From contig NC_042998.1 in NCBI RefSeq assembly GCF_006345805.1, positions 50,840,001 through 50,904,000 on the forward strand: 64,000 bases of DNA, given 5' to 3'. The DNA comes from Octopus sinensis (Eukaryota). Under the pieces are notes generated by a model. It ran no database searches. It worked only from the letters and a program-made list of their open reading frames with translations, and had not been told where the DNA came from. Made by a program: the position numbers and the translations under genes. The first letter of the stretch is position 1, and the number at the start of each line of letters is the position of its first letter. Of this stretch, positions 38,846 to 51,714 are shown one piece after another.

Positions 38846-39010
38846 CGACAGGCTTCTTTCAGTTTCTGTCTACCAAATCCACCCACAAGGCTTTGGTCGG
38901 CCCGAGGCTATAGTAGAAGACACTTGCCCAAGGTGCCACACAGTGGGAAAGAACACGGAACCATGTGGTTGGTAAGCAAGCTACTTACCATACAGCCATT
39001 CCTGCACCTA
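38561..39010 (-). mobile_element. SINE family A, long form
   Basis: Full composite match. Confidence 0.85.
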
Positions 39011-39022
39011 TTTATATATATA

Positions 39023-39332
39023 GTTGATAACAGGAAATGGAAGATGGATTTAGTACAAATCTTTATTCAGAACAATGATTGAGCCATCCTACAACTGTCC
39101 CATAGCGGTTGCGTTGCATCAATCAGTGCAGGCTGTGTCACTGAGATCTCAGTATATCCAGTGGGATATTTTTCTACGCTAAGTGCCTGAAGTGACACAG
39201 CTTGCACCGATTGATGCAATGCAACGAGATGCCCAATATTGTACCCTGTGGCACAGTTGCAGGATGGGTCAAAACAATTGTCATTCTGAATAAAAATTTG
39301 TACAAATCCATCTTTCATTTCCCGTTATCAAC
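39023..39332. mobile_element. Palindromic MITE flanked by TA
   Basis: TA|GTTGATAACAGGAAATGGAAGATGG...CCATCTTTCATTTCCCGTTATCAAC|TA. Arms are homologous over more than 110 bp with indels. Confidence 0.8.
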
Positions 39333-39475
39333 TATAAACTCAACAAACACAGTGGATTTCCTGACAGAGAATCCAATGTTAATTATATTGTTACTGTGGA
39401 GGACATCAGATAGCCCAAATGATGAATGTGCTTTAATCAACATACTAATAGGCATATACCCAAAGTCCAAATAGT

Positions 39476-39507
<32 letters not shown>

Positions 39508-39552
39508 ATAAATCTCTGAACGAGATGTAAACAGTAACTGCACGACAATGTA

Positions 39553-39978
39553 AGGTATACTAGCCATCTCAATATGGCTAACCACTAAGGGTGGGTGTTA
39601 CTGTAGCTTGTAGCCCCAGGAGAACATCGTCTCCAGCTGGCTTTAGGCACACTTTCTGTGCTCTTATGGTATTCAAAAAACTGTTTTTCGAGATCAGTGA
39701 CGAAAAGTTACTGGAAAAACGATATATAAGGATTTGCATTGGGACTCCCTTCATCGAAAACCGGTGATTGCCGTATGCTGAAGACAGACAAATACCTAGA
39801 AACTGCAGTTCGTGCGTATCACTTAAGTTGACGAGGGAGGGATGACCTCCCTTTGCAAATACCATAAGGGCACAGAAAGTGTGCCTAAAGCCAGCTGGAG
39901 ACGATGTTCCCCTGGGGCTACAAGCTACTGTAACACCCACCCTTAGTGGTTAGTCATATTGAGATGGCTAGTATACCT
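39553..39978. mobile_element. Fold-back element (121-bp inverted arms) enclosing a hammerhead-like motif, probably Penelope-like
   Basis: Arms 39553-39673 and 39858-39978 are reverse complements with about 4 mismatches, around a 184-bp spacer. Confidence 0.75.
39764..39822 (+). ncRNA. Type I hammerhead ribozyme-like motif
   Basis: CUGAAGA 39778-84 and GAAAC 39799-803. Palindromic stem III AAC-UGCA-GUU. Stem I cgtatg/cgtgcg plus gtgat/atcac. Stem II weak (C.A at its base). Confidence 0.6.
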
Positions 39979-40199
39979 ATTTCTTTATTACCCACAAGGG
40001 GCTAAACACAGAGGGGACAAACAAGGACAGACATAGGTATTAAGTCGATTACATCGACCCCAGTGTGTAACTGGTACTTATTTAATCGACCCCGAAAGGA
40101 TGAAAGGCAAAGTCGACCTTGGCGGAATTTGAACTCACAACGTAACGCAGACGAAATACCGCTAAGCATTTCGCCCGGCGTGCTAACGTTTCTGCCAGC

Positions 40200-40200
<1 letters not shown>
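39979..40200 (-). mobile_element. SINE family B, young copy
   Basis: CpG-rich and near consensus; abuts the right arm of the 39553-39978 element. Confidence 0.85.
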
Positions 40201-40239
<39 letters not shown>

Positions 40240-40277
40240 CTATTTGGACTATATATATATATGTGTAATATATATAC

Positions 40278-40488
40278 CCAAGAAGGTTCTGAAAAGCTCC
40301 TGGAATTAAGGGTATCGCAAATGGCCTGGTTAGGGTACTAGCCTTCTAGGTTCTTCTACAGGACTTAGAACAATAGAAGGACTGTTGCATTAAGTGTGTG
40401 AATCTGAGAAAGGAATATTCTCAATAAAATCATAACTGATTCTCCTGTATTTCCTTTTAGCCAAAGCCACGAACTTTTTAGCACCCTT

Positions 40489-40489
<1 letters not shown>
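40278..40489. mobile_element. Mariner-type MITE, same family (diverged)
   Basis: ctgaaaagctcctgg / ccacgaactttttagcaccc. Confidence 0.65.
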
Positions 40490-40532
<43 letters not shown>

Positions 40533-40842
40533 CACACACACACACACACATACACACACACATCAGCTTCTCTTTATCATATTCACTTACTCACAAGACA
40601 TTGGTGGGTCTGAGGTTATAGCAGAAGAAACTTGGCCAAAATGCTGGGCTGTAGGACTGAACTTGAAACCACAGACTTTCAATGCAAGCTTCTTAACCAC
40701 ACAGCTATGTCTGCTCCCTATGCGTGTTTTAAATGAAGAAAATGTGTATTTCATTCCAACAAGCTCTCCAGTCTCATTATAGTGTGTGTGTGTGTGTGTG
40801 TGCATGTGTCTTGATGCCTACATTTGTATCTCACACTCAATA

Positions 40843-41059
40843 CAATGGGGTGCTGAAAAGTTCCTGGCTTTGGGTAAAAGAAAATACAGGAGGATCAATT
40901 AATTATGATTTTATGCAACATATTGCCCTCTCAGATTCATATACTTATTGCAGTGGTCCTTCAGTTTTTCTGAGCCCTATAAAAGAACTCAGAATGTTGG
41001 GCCTCCAACCATGCCATTAGCAATACTCTTACAGCCAGGAACTTTTCAGAACCCCCTAG
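40843..41059. mobile_element. Mariner-type MITE, same family
   Basis: ggggtgctgaaaagttcctggc / gccaggaacttttcagaacccc. Confidence 0.75.
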
Positions 41060-41326
41060 TAACTTGACAACTAGCGTTGGTTTGTTTATATCCCTGCTAC
41101 TTTGTGGTTTGGCGAAAGAGACCAACACAATAAGTAGCAGACTTAGAGATAAGTACTGGAGTCAATCTGTTTAACTAAAACCCACCAAAGTGGTTGGTGC
41201 CCCAGCATGGCTGCAATCCAGTGACTGGAACTAGGAAATGGCAAAAGAATAGGCAGGGAAAGACAGACAAAACATTATTGGTATTTCAATAACACTAATA
41301 GAAAATATTTAACAGAATATATTCAA

Positions 41327-41740
41327 TATGCGAAGGAGTGGATGTGTGGTAAGTAGCTTGCTTACGAACCACATGGTTCCGGGTTCATTCCCACTGCATG
41401 GCACCTTGGGCAATTGTCTTCTACTATAGCCTCGACCAACCAAAGCCTTGTGAGTGGATTTGGTAGATGGAAACTGAAAGAAGCCAGTCATATGTATGTA
41501 TATATATATGTATGTGGTGTGTGTATATGTTTGTGTGTCCGTGTTTGTTCCCCCAACATCGTTTGACAACTGATGGGGGTGTGTTTATGTCCCCATAACT
41601 AAGCGGTTCGGCAAAAGAGACCGATAGAATAAGTACTAGGCTTCCAAATAGTAAGTCCTGGGGTCGATTTGCTCGACGTAAGGCGGTGCTCCGGCATGGT
41701 CACAGTCAAATGACTGAAACAAGTAAAAGAGTAAAAGAGA
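41327..41740 (+). mobile_element. SINE family A, long form
   Basis: Full composite match. Confidence 0.85.
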
Positions 41741-41926
41741 GCCAATGACAGAACATAAGAGCAATATGTGGAACTACCATCCCTAACTTACAAGTTGTTT
41801 AGCTTGCAGCAACTGAAGAGGCTTTGCAAATAAATTTGGGTCACAAAAGTAGGTTTAGAAAATGAATGCACTTCTTCTAGCCTCAGAACATTTGTAGAGA
41901 TGGAACAATTTTTTTTGCTGCAAATC

Positions 41927-41970
<44 letters not shown>

Positions 41971-43110
41971 GTGTGTGTGTGTGTGTGTGTGCATGCATGT
42001 GTGTGTGTGTGTATGCATGAGGGATATATATTAATATAACACATTTTTATTCTGATTGTATCTGTTTAATTGGCTACTGTTTATTGTTTTCATTAACTCA
42101 TATTCAGTTATTATTGATATTGATTTATCATTTCTCTTTTGATTGATTTGATTTTGTCTTTTTTTTCTGTCTTAGTTTTTTTTTTTTTTTTTTTTTTTTT
42201 TGTTTTACTCTAGTTCGGAATGCAATTTACATTTGTTGTATGTATGTCTATGCAATGGTACACAGTAATGATAAAACTGAACTGCATTGAATTTTAAGTA
42301 TATTTTGGCACTTAAACCAACTCAGTCGAATAAGACTACCTTGTTAACTGAAATCATTTTATGACTTCAGGTGAACCGAGCCCACACAACACAGCATATT
42401 TTGTTAATGCATTGAATATATTGACTAACAAAAAGAGAAAAAAAAAATTAAACTTAGTGTTATTGATTCAATTAAAGGAAGAATTTCAATGATGCAGCAA
42501 ATTATATTTTGGTAAATGTGTAACAATGGCATACTAATAATGTAACATTTTCCTATAGGAAGACATTCAAATTCAGCAATGGAATGAAGAGAAAGACAAA
42601 TAAAACTCATTTAGGTCTGAGAAAATTGGTAACAAGAACTCACCAATTTTCTAGTAATTGTTGCACTTTATTCTAGCAAAATGAAATATATTCCATTTCA
42701 AATAGAATCATTGTAAAGTTTACACAAATTTTCGCAAAAAAAAAAGGGTCATTTATACATAATGTTTGGCTCAATATTTCAATTTACTGCAGTCAACAAA
42801 TGTTGAAAAATATAGAAATTAGGTAGAATAAGACATTAGCATGAAATAACCTCGTTATCATCCCCATTAAAATTGAAACTTTATGACAATAAATCAGCAA
42901 TTTCTTTTGTTCATATTACATGGACATTTTTCAAATGCTGCTGCCAGAGTTGTTCTTTGAAATATATAAACATACACTACAAGAATTCATCCATATACAC
43001 TCTAAAAATCTTTAAATATGCATGCACATCCTCCATGACTAGAGACCTTGAACACATCATTCAAGGGAGACATGAGGGCCTTAATTCATTCAACAGTTAG
43101 AACTAGCAGA

Positions 43111-43343
43111 AGGGAGGCGAGCTGGCAGAAACGTTAGCACGCCAGGCGAAATGCTTAGTGGTATTTTGTCTGCCACTACATTCTGAGTTCAAATTCCGCC
43201 GAGGTCAACTTTGCCTTTCATCCTTTTAGGGTCAATTAAATAAGTACCAGTTACGCACTGGGGTCGATATAATCAACTTAATCCGTTTGTCTGTCCTTGT
43301 TTGTCCCTTCTGTGTGTAGCCCCTTGTGGGCAGTAAAGAAATA
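43111..43343 (+). mobile_element. SINE family B with 12-bp TSD
   Basis: TSD agaactagcaga at 43099-43110 and 43344-43355. Confidence 0.9.
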
Positions 43344-43648
43344 AGAACTAGCAGACATGTCTCTCTTCACTTAAATGCTACCATGTTGTATAAACAGGAA
43401 GGATAATTTAAATAATGTAGTCCTAGATATTCTTAAAAAGACCAAGTGTTAAAGCCTGGAATGGCTTCCATCAGTGGTTAACAGGATCAAAGCTGACACA
43501 GGGTTAAATAACATCAATAAACAGTATCTGAACAAAAGATCACTAATAACTATAAGAAATGACCTACAGTATTACATCACACATTTGCAAATCTGATCAA
43601 GATCAACTTTTGCTTTTCATCCTTTTAGGGGTGGTACTGGAACTGGCA

Positions 43649-44166
43649 GGATTCTGCTTTCTACACAGCATATAACCCCTCATAACTTTTTTTCCCCATT
43701 TTGGAATTTTCTACACAGCATATAACCCCTCGTAACTTTTTTTCACATTTTGGAATTTTCAGAAAAATTTTGTGAACTTGTATTCTCCACAAAGGAATTC
43801 ACAAGACTATGAAAATAAATTTTTTAAAATTTTTTGAAATTAAAAAAATTTTTTTTTAAATCCCAGTTTAAAATATGGACAGTGCAAATTTTTGGCTTAA
43901 ATCCCAGCAAATAGTCCATTAAATGTGTTTATGGGGAGAAAGATATTGAAAAGCATCAATGCGTCAGACTGACAAAAGAAATGAGGAAGGTATAAGATGG
44001 TCATGAGATGTGCTAAAAATAACAGCTAAATAGCCCTTAAATCATGCAGCAAAATTCTTTTTTATTTTGGTTTTGCATAATCATATGAATTCCCATGTGC
44101 AGAATACAAATTCACGAAAATTTTCTGAAAATACCAAACAGTAGAAAGTGCATAAAGTAGAATTCC
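43649..44166. mobile_element. Non-autonomous DNA element with long subterminal inverted repeats
   Basis: Arms 43751-43815 and 44071-44136. Internal 50-bp tandem duplication at 43660-43760. Confidence 0.65.
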
Positions 44167-45070
44167 GTACTGCAATTGATGTAATTGACTAACCTCCTAC
44201 TCCAAGATTTCAGACCTTGTACCGATATCAGAAAGGGTTTAAGGCAGTGAGCTGGCAGGAATATTAGTACGCCAGACTAATAAATGCTTAGTGGCATTTC
44301 ATTTATCTTTACGTTCTGAGTTCAACTTTCACCAAGGTCAACTTTACCATTCATCATTTTGAGGTTGATAAAATAAACACTGGGGTCAAATATATTCAAC
44401 TAGCCCCATTCCCAACAAAATTCAAGCCTTGTACTTATAGTAGAAGGAATTATTTTATCACATACTCACTACAAAATAGAATTTCGAAGCCTTGCTATCT
44501 CTAACGACAGTGTAATAGTGATCAGATCAGACATAAATCAAAGTTGCATTATAATGATATAATGTTATCATTATTGGAAAACTGTTGAGATTGTAACCAA
44601 TTTTATGAGACTGAAATAAATGTATTTGCTTTTCTTTTGTATTCAATGCAGAAGTTGAAAGACTTCCTAAAGGAAACTTTTAAACTGATATAAGAGTGGA
44701 GATGCATGGCTTAGCGGTTAGGGTGCTGGACTCATGACCGTAAGTTTATGGTTTCAGTTCCTGGACTGGGTGACATGTTGTGTTCTTGGGCAAAACACTT
44801 CATTTCATGTTGCTCCAGTCCACTCAGCTGACAAAAATGAGTAATCCTGTGATGGACCAGTGTTCTGTCCAAGTGGAGAATATACATAGATGATGAAACC
44901 AGGAAACTGGCCCTTGTGAGTCGGTATGACTTGAGAATGTAACTTTACCTTTTATTTTAATTCAAGGATGCCATCAACATATAAAAAAAGCTAAGTTAGT
45001 ATAAACATATTTGATGCTCATAGCATTAAAATGCTAACTAGAAATTATTATTCCTCTGATATTGCTTATT

Positions 45071-45291
45071 ATAGGCATAGGAATGGCTATAAGCGAAGGA
45101 GTGGCTTATAGGCATAGGAGTGGCTGTGTGGTAAGTAGCTTGCTTATGAACCACATGGTTCCGGGTTCAGTCCCACTGCATGGCACCTTGGGCATGTGGC
45201 TTCTACTATAGCCTCGGGCCGACCAAAGAAAGCCTTGTGAGTGAACTTGGTAGAGGGAAACTGAAAGAGGCCCGTCGTATATATATATATG

Positions 45292-45333
<42 letters not shown>

Positions 45334-45538
45334 ATATGTTTGTGTGTCTGTGTTTGGCCCAACATCGCTTGACAACTGATGTTGGTGTGTTTCTGTCCCT
45401 GTAACTTAGCGGTTGAGCAAAAGAGACCGATAGAATAAGTACTAGACATCCTGGGTTTAATTTGCTCGACAAAAGGTGGTGCTCCAGCATGGCCACAGTC
45501 AAATGACTGAAACAAGTAAAAGAGAGAGTAAAGAGAGT
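45071..45538 (+). mobile_element. SINE family A, long form with triplicated 5' leader
   Basis: Three ~18-bp leader copies at 45071-45125, then a full composite. Confidence 0.85.
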
Positions 45539-46189
45539 ATTCAGTGAGGAAAATATATTAGCTACTCACTCATATTTTAATTAATTTGGTAAATATTGGA
45601 GATAACTACAATCTTCTTTCAGTCTTATTGTAAACTCATCAGCAAACAATAGATTCTACTGTAGGTGATGATGTAGTTAATCATGGGAGAATGACTAAAT
45701 AATATATAAGATTATAAGTTGGTTGGCATATAGAATATATAACTCTAGAGTTGTTTCCATGCAGGTATTGTTGTGCATATAGGCACAGGTACGACTGTGT
45801 GATTAAGAAGCTTGCTTTGCAACCATGTGGTTGCAGGTCCAGTCACACTGAGTGCCACCTTGAGCAAATGTCTTCAAGTATAACCCTGGACTGACCAATG
45901 CCTTCTGAGTAAATTTGGTAAATGGAAACTGTGTGGAAGCTTGTCAAATGGGTGTGTGTGTGTGCATATATGCATGCATATATGTGTATGCGTGTGTCTT
46001 TATGTTTGTCATCCCACACACCATTTGACAATCAGTGTTAGTTTGTTCATGTCACTGTAACTTAGAGTTTGGCAAAAAAGAGACTGATAGAATAAGAACC
46101 AGGCTTTAAAATGAGTACTGGAATAGGTTTATGAGACTAAGCCCTTCAAGGCACTAGCCCAGCATGACCACAGTCTGATAGATGAGTGG

Positions 46190-46660
46190 TTGGTGAGTTG
46201 CACAGGCCATATACAGGGATGCTGTCAGTAAGGTGAAGGTTAGCAACAAAAGTAGTGATGAATTCAGAGTAGAAGCAGGTGTTCACCAAGGATCAGTCCT
46301 CAGCCCCGTCTTCTTCATCATAGCCCTTTAGGCAATAACAGAGGAATTTAAGACAGGCTGCCCCTGGGAGCTCCTCTATGCTCATGACCTTGTTCTTATA
46401 GCCAAATTACTACCAGAACTAGAGAAGAAATTTCAGGCATGGAAGCAAGGTCTAGAATCAAAGGGCCTTAGAGTTAATGTAGCAAAAATCAAAGTCTTAG
46501 TAAGTAGGAGAGCAGGCAAATCACAAGTCCCTTCAGGTAGATGGCTCTGCTCAATCTGTAGAAAAGGCATGGGTAGTAACTCCATAAGCTGTACCCAGTG
46601 TAAGCTATGGACATATAAGAGATGCAGCAATATCAGAGGAAGGTTAACAGGGAAAATAGT
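46190..46660 (+). mobile_element. Decayed RTE LINE RT fragment
   Basis: Clear nucleotide similarity to 13760-14230 (caaggatcagtcctcagcccc, ctcctctatgctcatgacc). Confidence 0.8.
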
Positions 46661-46893
46661 TATCCAATTTCTATTGCTCTATGTTATATATTTTAATAAT
46701 TACTGATATTTTTGTATTTTATATATTATATATGTAAAGCATATGTTATACATGTATGTATATTGTTATAATTGTCCTTTTAGTAAATAAATAAATTGAC
46801 ATAATACAATATCTAAAAGTTGATGAATACCACCTATTGATCTCCTCAATTTTCTTATTGTTCTCTCTCTCTCTCTCTCTCCCTATATATATA

Positions 46894-46934
<41 letters not shown>

Positions 46935-47136
46935 TCTTTTATCTTTTCTTTTACTCATTTCAATCATTTGACTGCAGTCATGCTGGAGCACCGCCTTTAG
47001 TCAAAGAAATCAACTCCAGGAATTATTCTTTGCAAGCCTAGTACTTATTCTATTGGTCTCCTTTGCTGAACCACTAAGTTACAGGGACGTAAACATATGT
47101 GTGTGTATGTGTAAAATATATATATATATAAACACA

Positions 47137-47204
<68 letters not shown>

Positions 47205-47774
47205 TATATATGAACTCAGTCTGACTACCAAATTCCAATCACCTAGCGAACATTTTATCCACACAGCCATTCCTACACTTGTATTAGCAAGCTTTTTAAT
47301 GCACCTTGCATTAAATGCATTCAACTAACTTGGCTATTGTTTCATTATTAACCTGCTATTGTTACACACATACACTGAAATGTAATTTGCTGCATCATCA
47401 TCAAAAAAAAAATTCTTTCTTTAATTGAATCAATAACAATGTATTCTGTCAATAATTCAATGACAAAAATTACACTTAGTGTGTGTTATTTTAGTCAATG
47501 CATTCAGTACATTAACACAACACACTCTGTAAAATTTCTGCAGTTAGTTCCATGTAGAGAGGAGTGGTAGCTCACATTGCCAGGTCACAGGTTTTATCAC
47601 TCGAGCTAATATTCTGGATTAAACCAATCTAGCAAACACTCGCTCACTATTGAAGCAAAGAAGTGAACCTCTGTGTGGTCGTTTGACTGACTAGAAATAG
47701 CAATGAAATTTTCAAATCACATTCGGCTGATTTTTAAAAAAAGATGGAAGACACATTGAATAATGTTATTCAAG

Positions 47775-47978
47775 GCGTAGGACTGGTTTTGTGGTAAGTA
47801 GCTTGCTTACTAACCACATGGTTCCGGGTTCAGTCCAACTGCATGGCACCCTGGGCAAGTGTCTTCTACTATAGCCTCGGGCCGACCAAAGCCTTGTGAA
47901 TGGATTTGGTAGACAGAAACTGAAAGAAGCCCGCCGTATATATGTATATATATATATATGTGTATATATATATATGTC

Positions 47979-48010
<32 letters not shown>

Positions 48011-48075
48011 AGTGTGTGTGTGTGTGTGTATGTTTGTGTGTCTGTGTTTGTCCCCACAACATTGCTTGACAACCG
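47775..48075 (+). mobile_element. SINE family A, 3'-truncated
   Basis: Head, core, microsatellite and start of the tail. Confidence 0.8.
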
Positions 48076-48119
48076 ATGCTTTAATGTCCACCAGTTCACC
48101 CACCACCTTAGGACAATTG

Positions 48120-48332
48120 TCTTCAAATTTTAGCACAAGACCAGCAATTTTGGGGTGGTGGTAAGTTGATTACATTGACCCAGTGCATAACTTATATTAT
48201 CAACCCCAAAAGAATAAAAGGCAAAGTCGACCTCAGTAGAGTTTGAACTCAGAATGTGCAGATGGATGAAATCCCACTAGGCATTTTGCCCAATGTCCTA
48301 ACGATTCTGCTAGCATGTTGCCTTAAAGGACA

Positions 48333-48379
<47 letters not shown>

Positions 48380-48790
48380 TAATCCTTTGAACTAAAGGTA
48401 GAAGGCCTGAAATTTGGTGGGAGGGGACTAGTTGATTACATTGACTCCAGTATTTCACTGGTACTTAATTTATCAACCCCAAAAGGATGAAAGACAAAGT
48501 TGACCTCAGCGTAATTTGAACTTAGAATGAAAAGACGGATGAAATGCTGCGAAGCATTTTACCTGGTGTGCTAATGATTCAGCCAGCTTGCTGCCTTACA
48601 AATAATAATATTCCTTCTTACTATAGGCACAAGGCCTGAAAACGTGGGAGAGGAAACTAGTTGATTACATCAGCCCTAGTGTTTCACTGATGCTTAATTT
48701 ATCAACCCTGAAAGGTTGAGAGGCAAAGTTGATCCCAGCAGAATTTCAACTTAGAATATAAAGACATATGAAATGTTGCTAAGTGTAATA
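48120..48790 (-). mobile_element. Three tandem family-B SINE copies separated by (AAT)n
   Basis: Repeated ccccaaaaggatgaaag..aagttgacctc..tttgaac modules. Confidence 0.7.
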
Positions 48791-48817
48791 ATAATGATGA
48801 TGATGATGATGATGATG

Positions 48818-48854
<37 letters not shown>

Positions 48855-48872
48855 AATAATAATAATATAATA

Positions 48873-48917
<45 letters not shown>

Positions 48918-48940
48918 TAATAATAATAATAATAATAATG
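48785..48940. repeat. (GAT)n/(TAA)n compound microsatellite
   Basis: Direct reading. Confidence 0.9.
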
Positions 48941-50072
48941 AGCAGAAGTAGTGGGGAAGCATCATAGCCATGTGTTGAGAGGGATTCTTTGGGGTTTGAA
49001 TAATTCACCTCTGGAAACATGGGTGATTCGTTCAACATCCTTAAACAACTCTTATTCAGGGACCTTTTGAGCGAGATGGGCTACTCGACCTGAAGAAAAT
49101 TCTAACTGGGCCCCACCTGCAAGGTCATGCGCTGTTTACCTTGATATGAGATCACCATGTCGCGCACATATGGTTGTGATGCATGTGCCTGGTGTACCCT
49201 TATCAGACGGGTAGTCATGATGGGTATATTGGGCTTCGTATATTTTACCCCAGTGTCACTTTGATGGCATGAACTGCTCTCTCACTCAATAATGATAATA
49301 ATAGCAACAATGATAATATCCCAACTCAACATAAGGTTTCAATAGTGATGACAGTGGTTAGTTATATCAAACTGGAAGTCTGATTTAGCAAACTCTGAAG
49401 AAGGAAAAGCAGAGTTTTCCTCAATGTAATTTAAATTCAAAATATAAGAGGATATAACTTAATACTGAAAAACATTTTCTTTGTTCCCCTAGGAATTCTG
49501 TCAATACATCACACTTGACACATTAATAATAATTTCTAAATAAGTGACAAGGTCAAAAATATGTTTCTTTATTAGCCACACAGGGCTGAACACAGAAGGG
49601 ACAAATTACAAAGTAGAGCTTTTCTTTTTGGGGAGGAAAAAGAAAAAAAGTGGGGTAGGTTTTCGATCAAAAGGGATCGTAAAAAGGAAAGAAAAAAAAC
49701 GATCAATAGGGATCGTGTATCACAGAAATGTCATGATGTAAAGTGTAAAGAGGAAAGCAGATAAGGTTTATCTGTGGAAAGAAAAGCCTACAGAAAGGAA
49801 GAGATATAGATGATGTATTCTCAGTCCAGTACTTGATAGACAGTCTACTTCATCAATCCAGGGAGAATGAAAACCAAACAGATGTAAAGGAGTATAACTG
49901 AATACTGAGAAGGCATTTCAATTGCTGCAGCAGCAATTCTGTCACTTACTGCTTTTTAGTCCACTCAGCTGGCAAAAATGAGTAGTACCTGTATTTCAAA
50001 GGGCCAGCCTTGTCACATTCTGTATCCTGCTGAATCTCCCTGAGAACTACGTTAAGGGTACACATGTTTGTG

Positions 50073-50285
50073 AAATGTTAGCATGCCGGGCGAAATGCTT
50101 AGCAGTATTTCGTCTAGTGCTATGTTCTGAGTTCAAATTCTGCCGAGGCCGACTTTGCCTTTCATCCTTTCGGGGTCGATTAAATAAGTACCGGTTATGC
50201 ACTGGGGTCAATATAATTGACTTAATCCGTTTGTCTGTCCTTGTTTGTCCTCTCTGTGTTTAGCCCCTTGTGGGTAGTAAAAAAA
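50073..50285 (+). mobile_element. SINE family B nested in another SINE
   Basis: TSD ggtacacatgtttgtg on both sides. Confidence 0.85.
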
Positions 50286-51280
50286 AAGGTACACATGTTT
50301 GTGGAGTGCTCAGCCACTTGCACGTTAATTTTACAAGCAGGCGGTGCCATTGATCGGATCAACTGGAACCCTTGTCGCCGTAACCGACGGAGTGCCAGTT
50401 ATTGAATGAATGATAGTAACTGTTTCACAGTTTGGCACAAGGCCAGCAATTTCAGGTGGAGGGCAGTCAGTTGATTATATATAGATCCCAGTGCTTGACT
50501 GAGAATTTATTTCATTGAACTGCACCCCCCCCCCATCCCAACCAGCCCCATGAGGATGAAATGCAAAGTTGATCCTGGTGGGATTTGAACTTAGAATGTT
50601 AAAAACCAGAAGAAAGCAATTTTTTCTGATGCATTAACAATTCTGCCAGTTTGCCATCTAATTGATTGAATGTAAAGAGATTTTGTCACATTCGTATAAT
50701 TTGCGAGTGTCAGCACAACAGGCTGTTTTATATGTTTACTGCTTTCAAATTGGTTTTAAATATAATACCTTTCAGCTTTCTTGCATCTTGTCTAATTAAC
50801 TAATGACAATGTTGACTGATATCATCTACCCTGGCCACCGTATACAACCCCAAGGACGCCACCAAGTAAGCAACACCCATTCTCCTTACTTATTACTTAT
50901 CCCCATCAGTATAACGGATACTTTCTCATATATATATGCACATGTAAAGATAAGGCAGCTAAATATAACTAAAAGATGAAAAACACTATTACCAAAATTG
51001 TCTTGCATGTTATCAAAAATGAACATTTGTAAAGAAAATAAAAGCTTCCTATTTTTTTTTTAATGTATTGCAATCATAACGATTTAATGAAGGGAAGAGT
51101 AAACAATATATGGTAGTGGTTGGTTCCATGAAGAAAATTCCAAAGATAATTCACGCAGGCACATGCACTCACACACAGACACATATGCACATGCGCATGC
51201 ACACAAAATACATCTAAGGATATAATTAGGAGAAAATTCCTGTTATCATATAATTGAGCAGTAATGATTTTTCTACTTAC

Positions 51281-51366
51281 CTTTTGCTGCCAGCATTGTC
51301 ATCTCGGACAAAATCTTCACTGTGTTTATTGATTGAGTAGTTAGTGAGATGCATGTAGACATTATC
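51281..51366 (-). CDS. TTLL6: TTLL6/TTLL13-like exon (86 bp, phase 0/2)
   Basis: Translates DNVYMHLTNYSINKHSEDFVRDDNAGSK(R), containing the TTL hallmark MHLTNYSINK. Acceptor tttccag, donor gtaagt. Phases join both neighbouring exons. Confidence 0.95.
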
Positions 51367-51664
51367 CTGGAAATGGAAGACGTTAAGAGAGAGAGTGTAA
51401 GCGGATTGTTTGGGAACATGGAGGAGAAAAGGATAATGAGAGAAATAGCCATGAGGTAAAGTTTAGACAGGATATAATTATGTAAAACAACAGATAAGAG
51501 GCAAAAATAAACCAACGAAGGAAAGAGAGACAGGCAGGGAAAAATAAAAGTAAACAGGGGGAATAAATGAGAAGGAGAAGGAGAAAGAGAGATAGACAGA
51601 TGGATGGATGGATGGATAGATAGATAGATAGATACGTAGATAGATAGATAGATAGATAGATAGA

Positions 51665-51714
<50 letters not shown>

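Noticed and set aside
44700-44770. tRNA-like sequence (also at 19225-19293, 30862-30930 and 36300-36365)
   Set aside because: These are SINE heads with A/B boxes but no complete cloverleaf, and they continue into SINE bodies.
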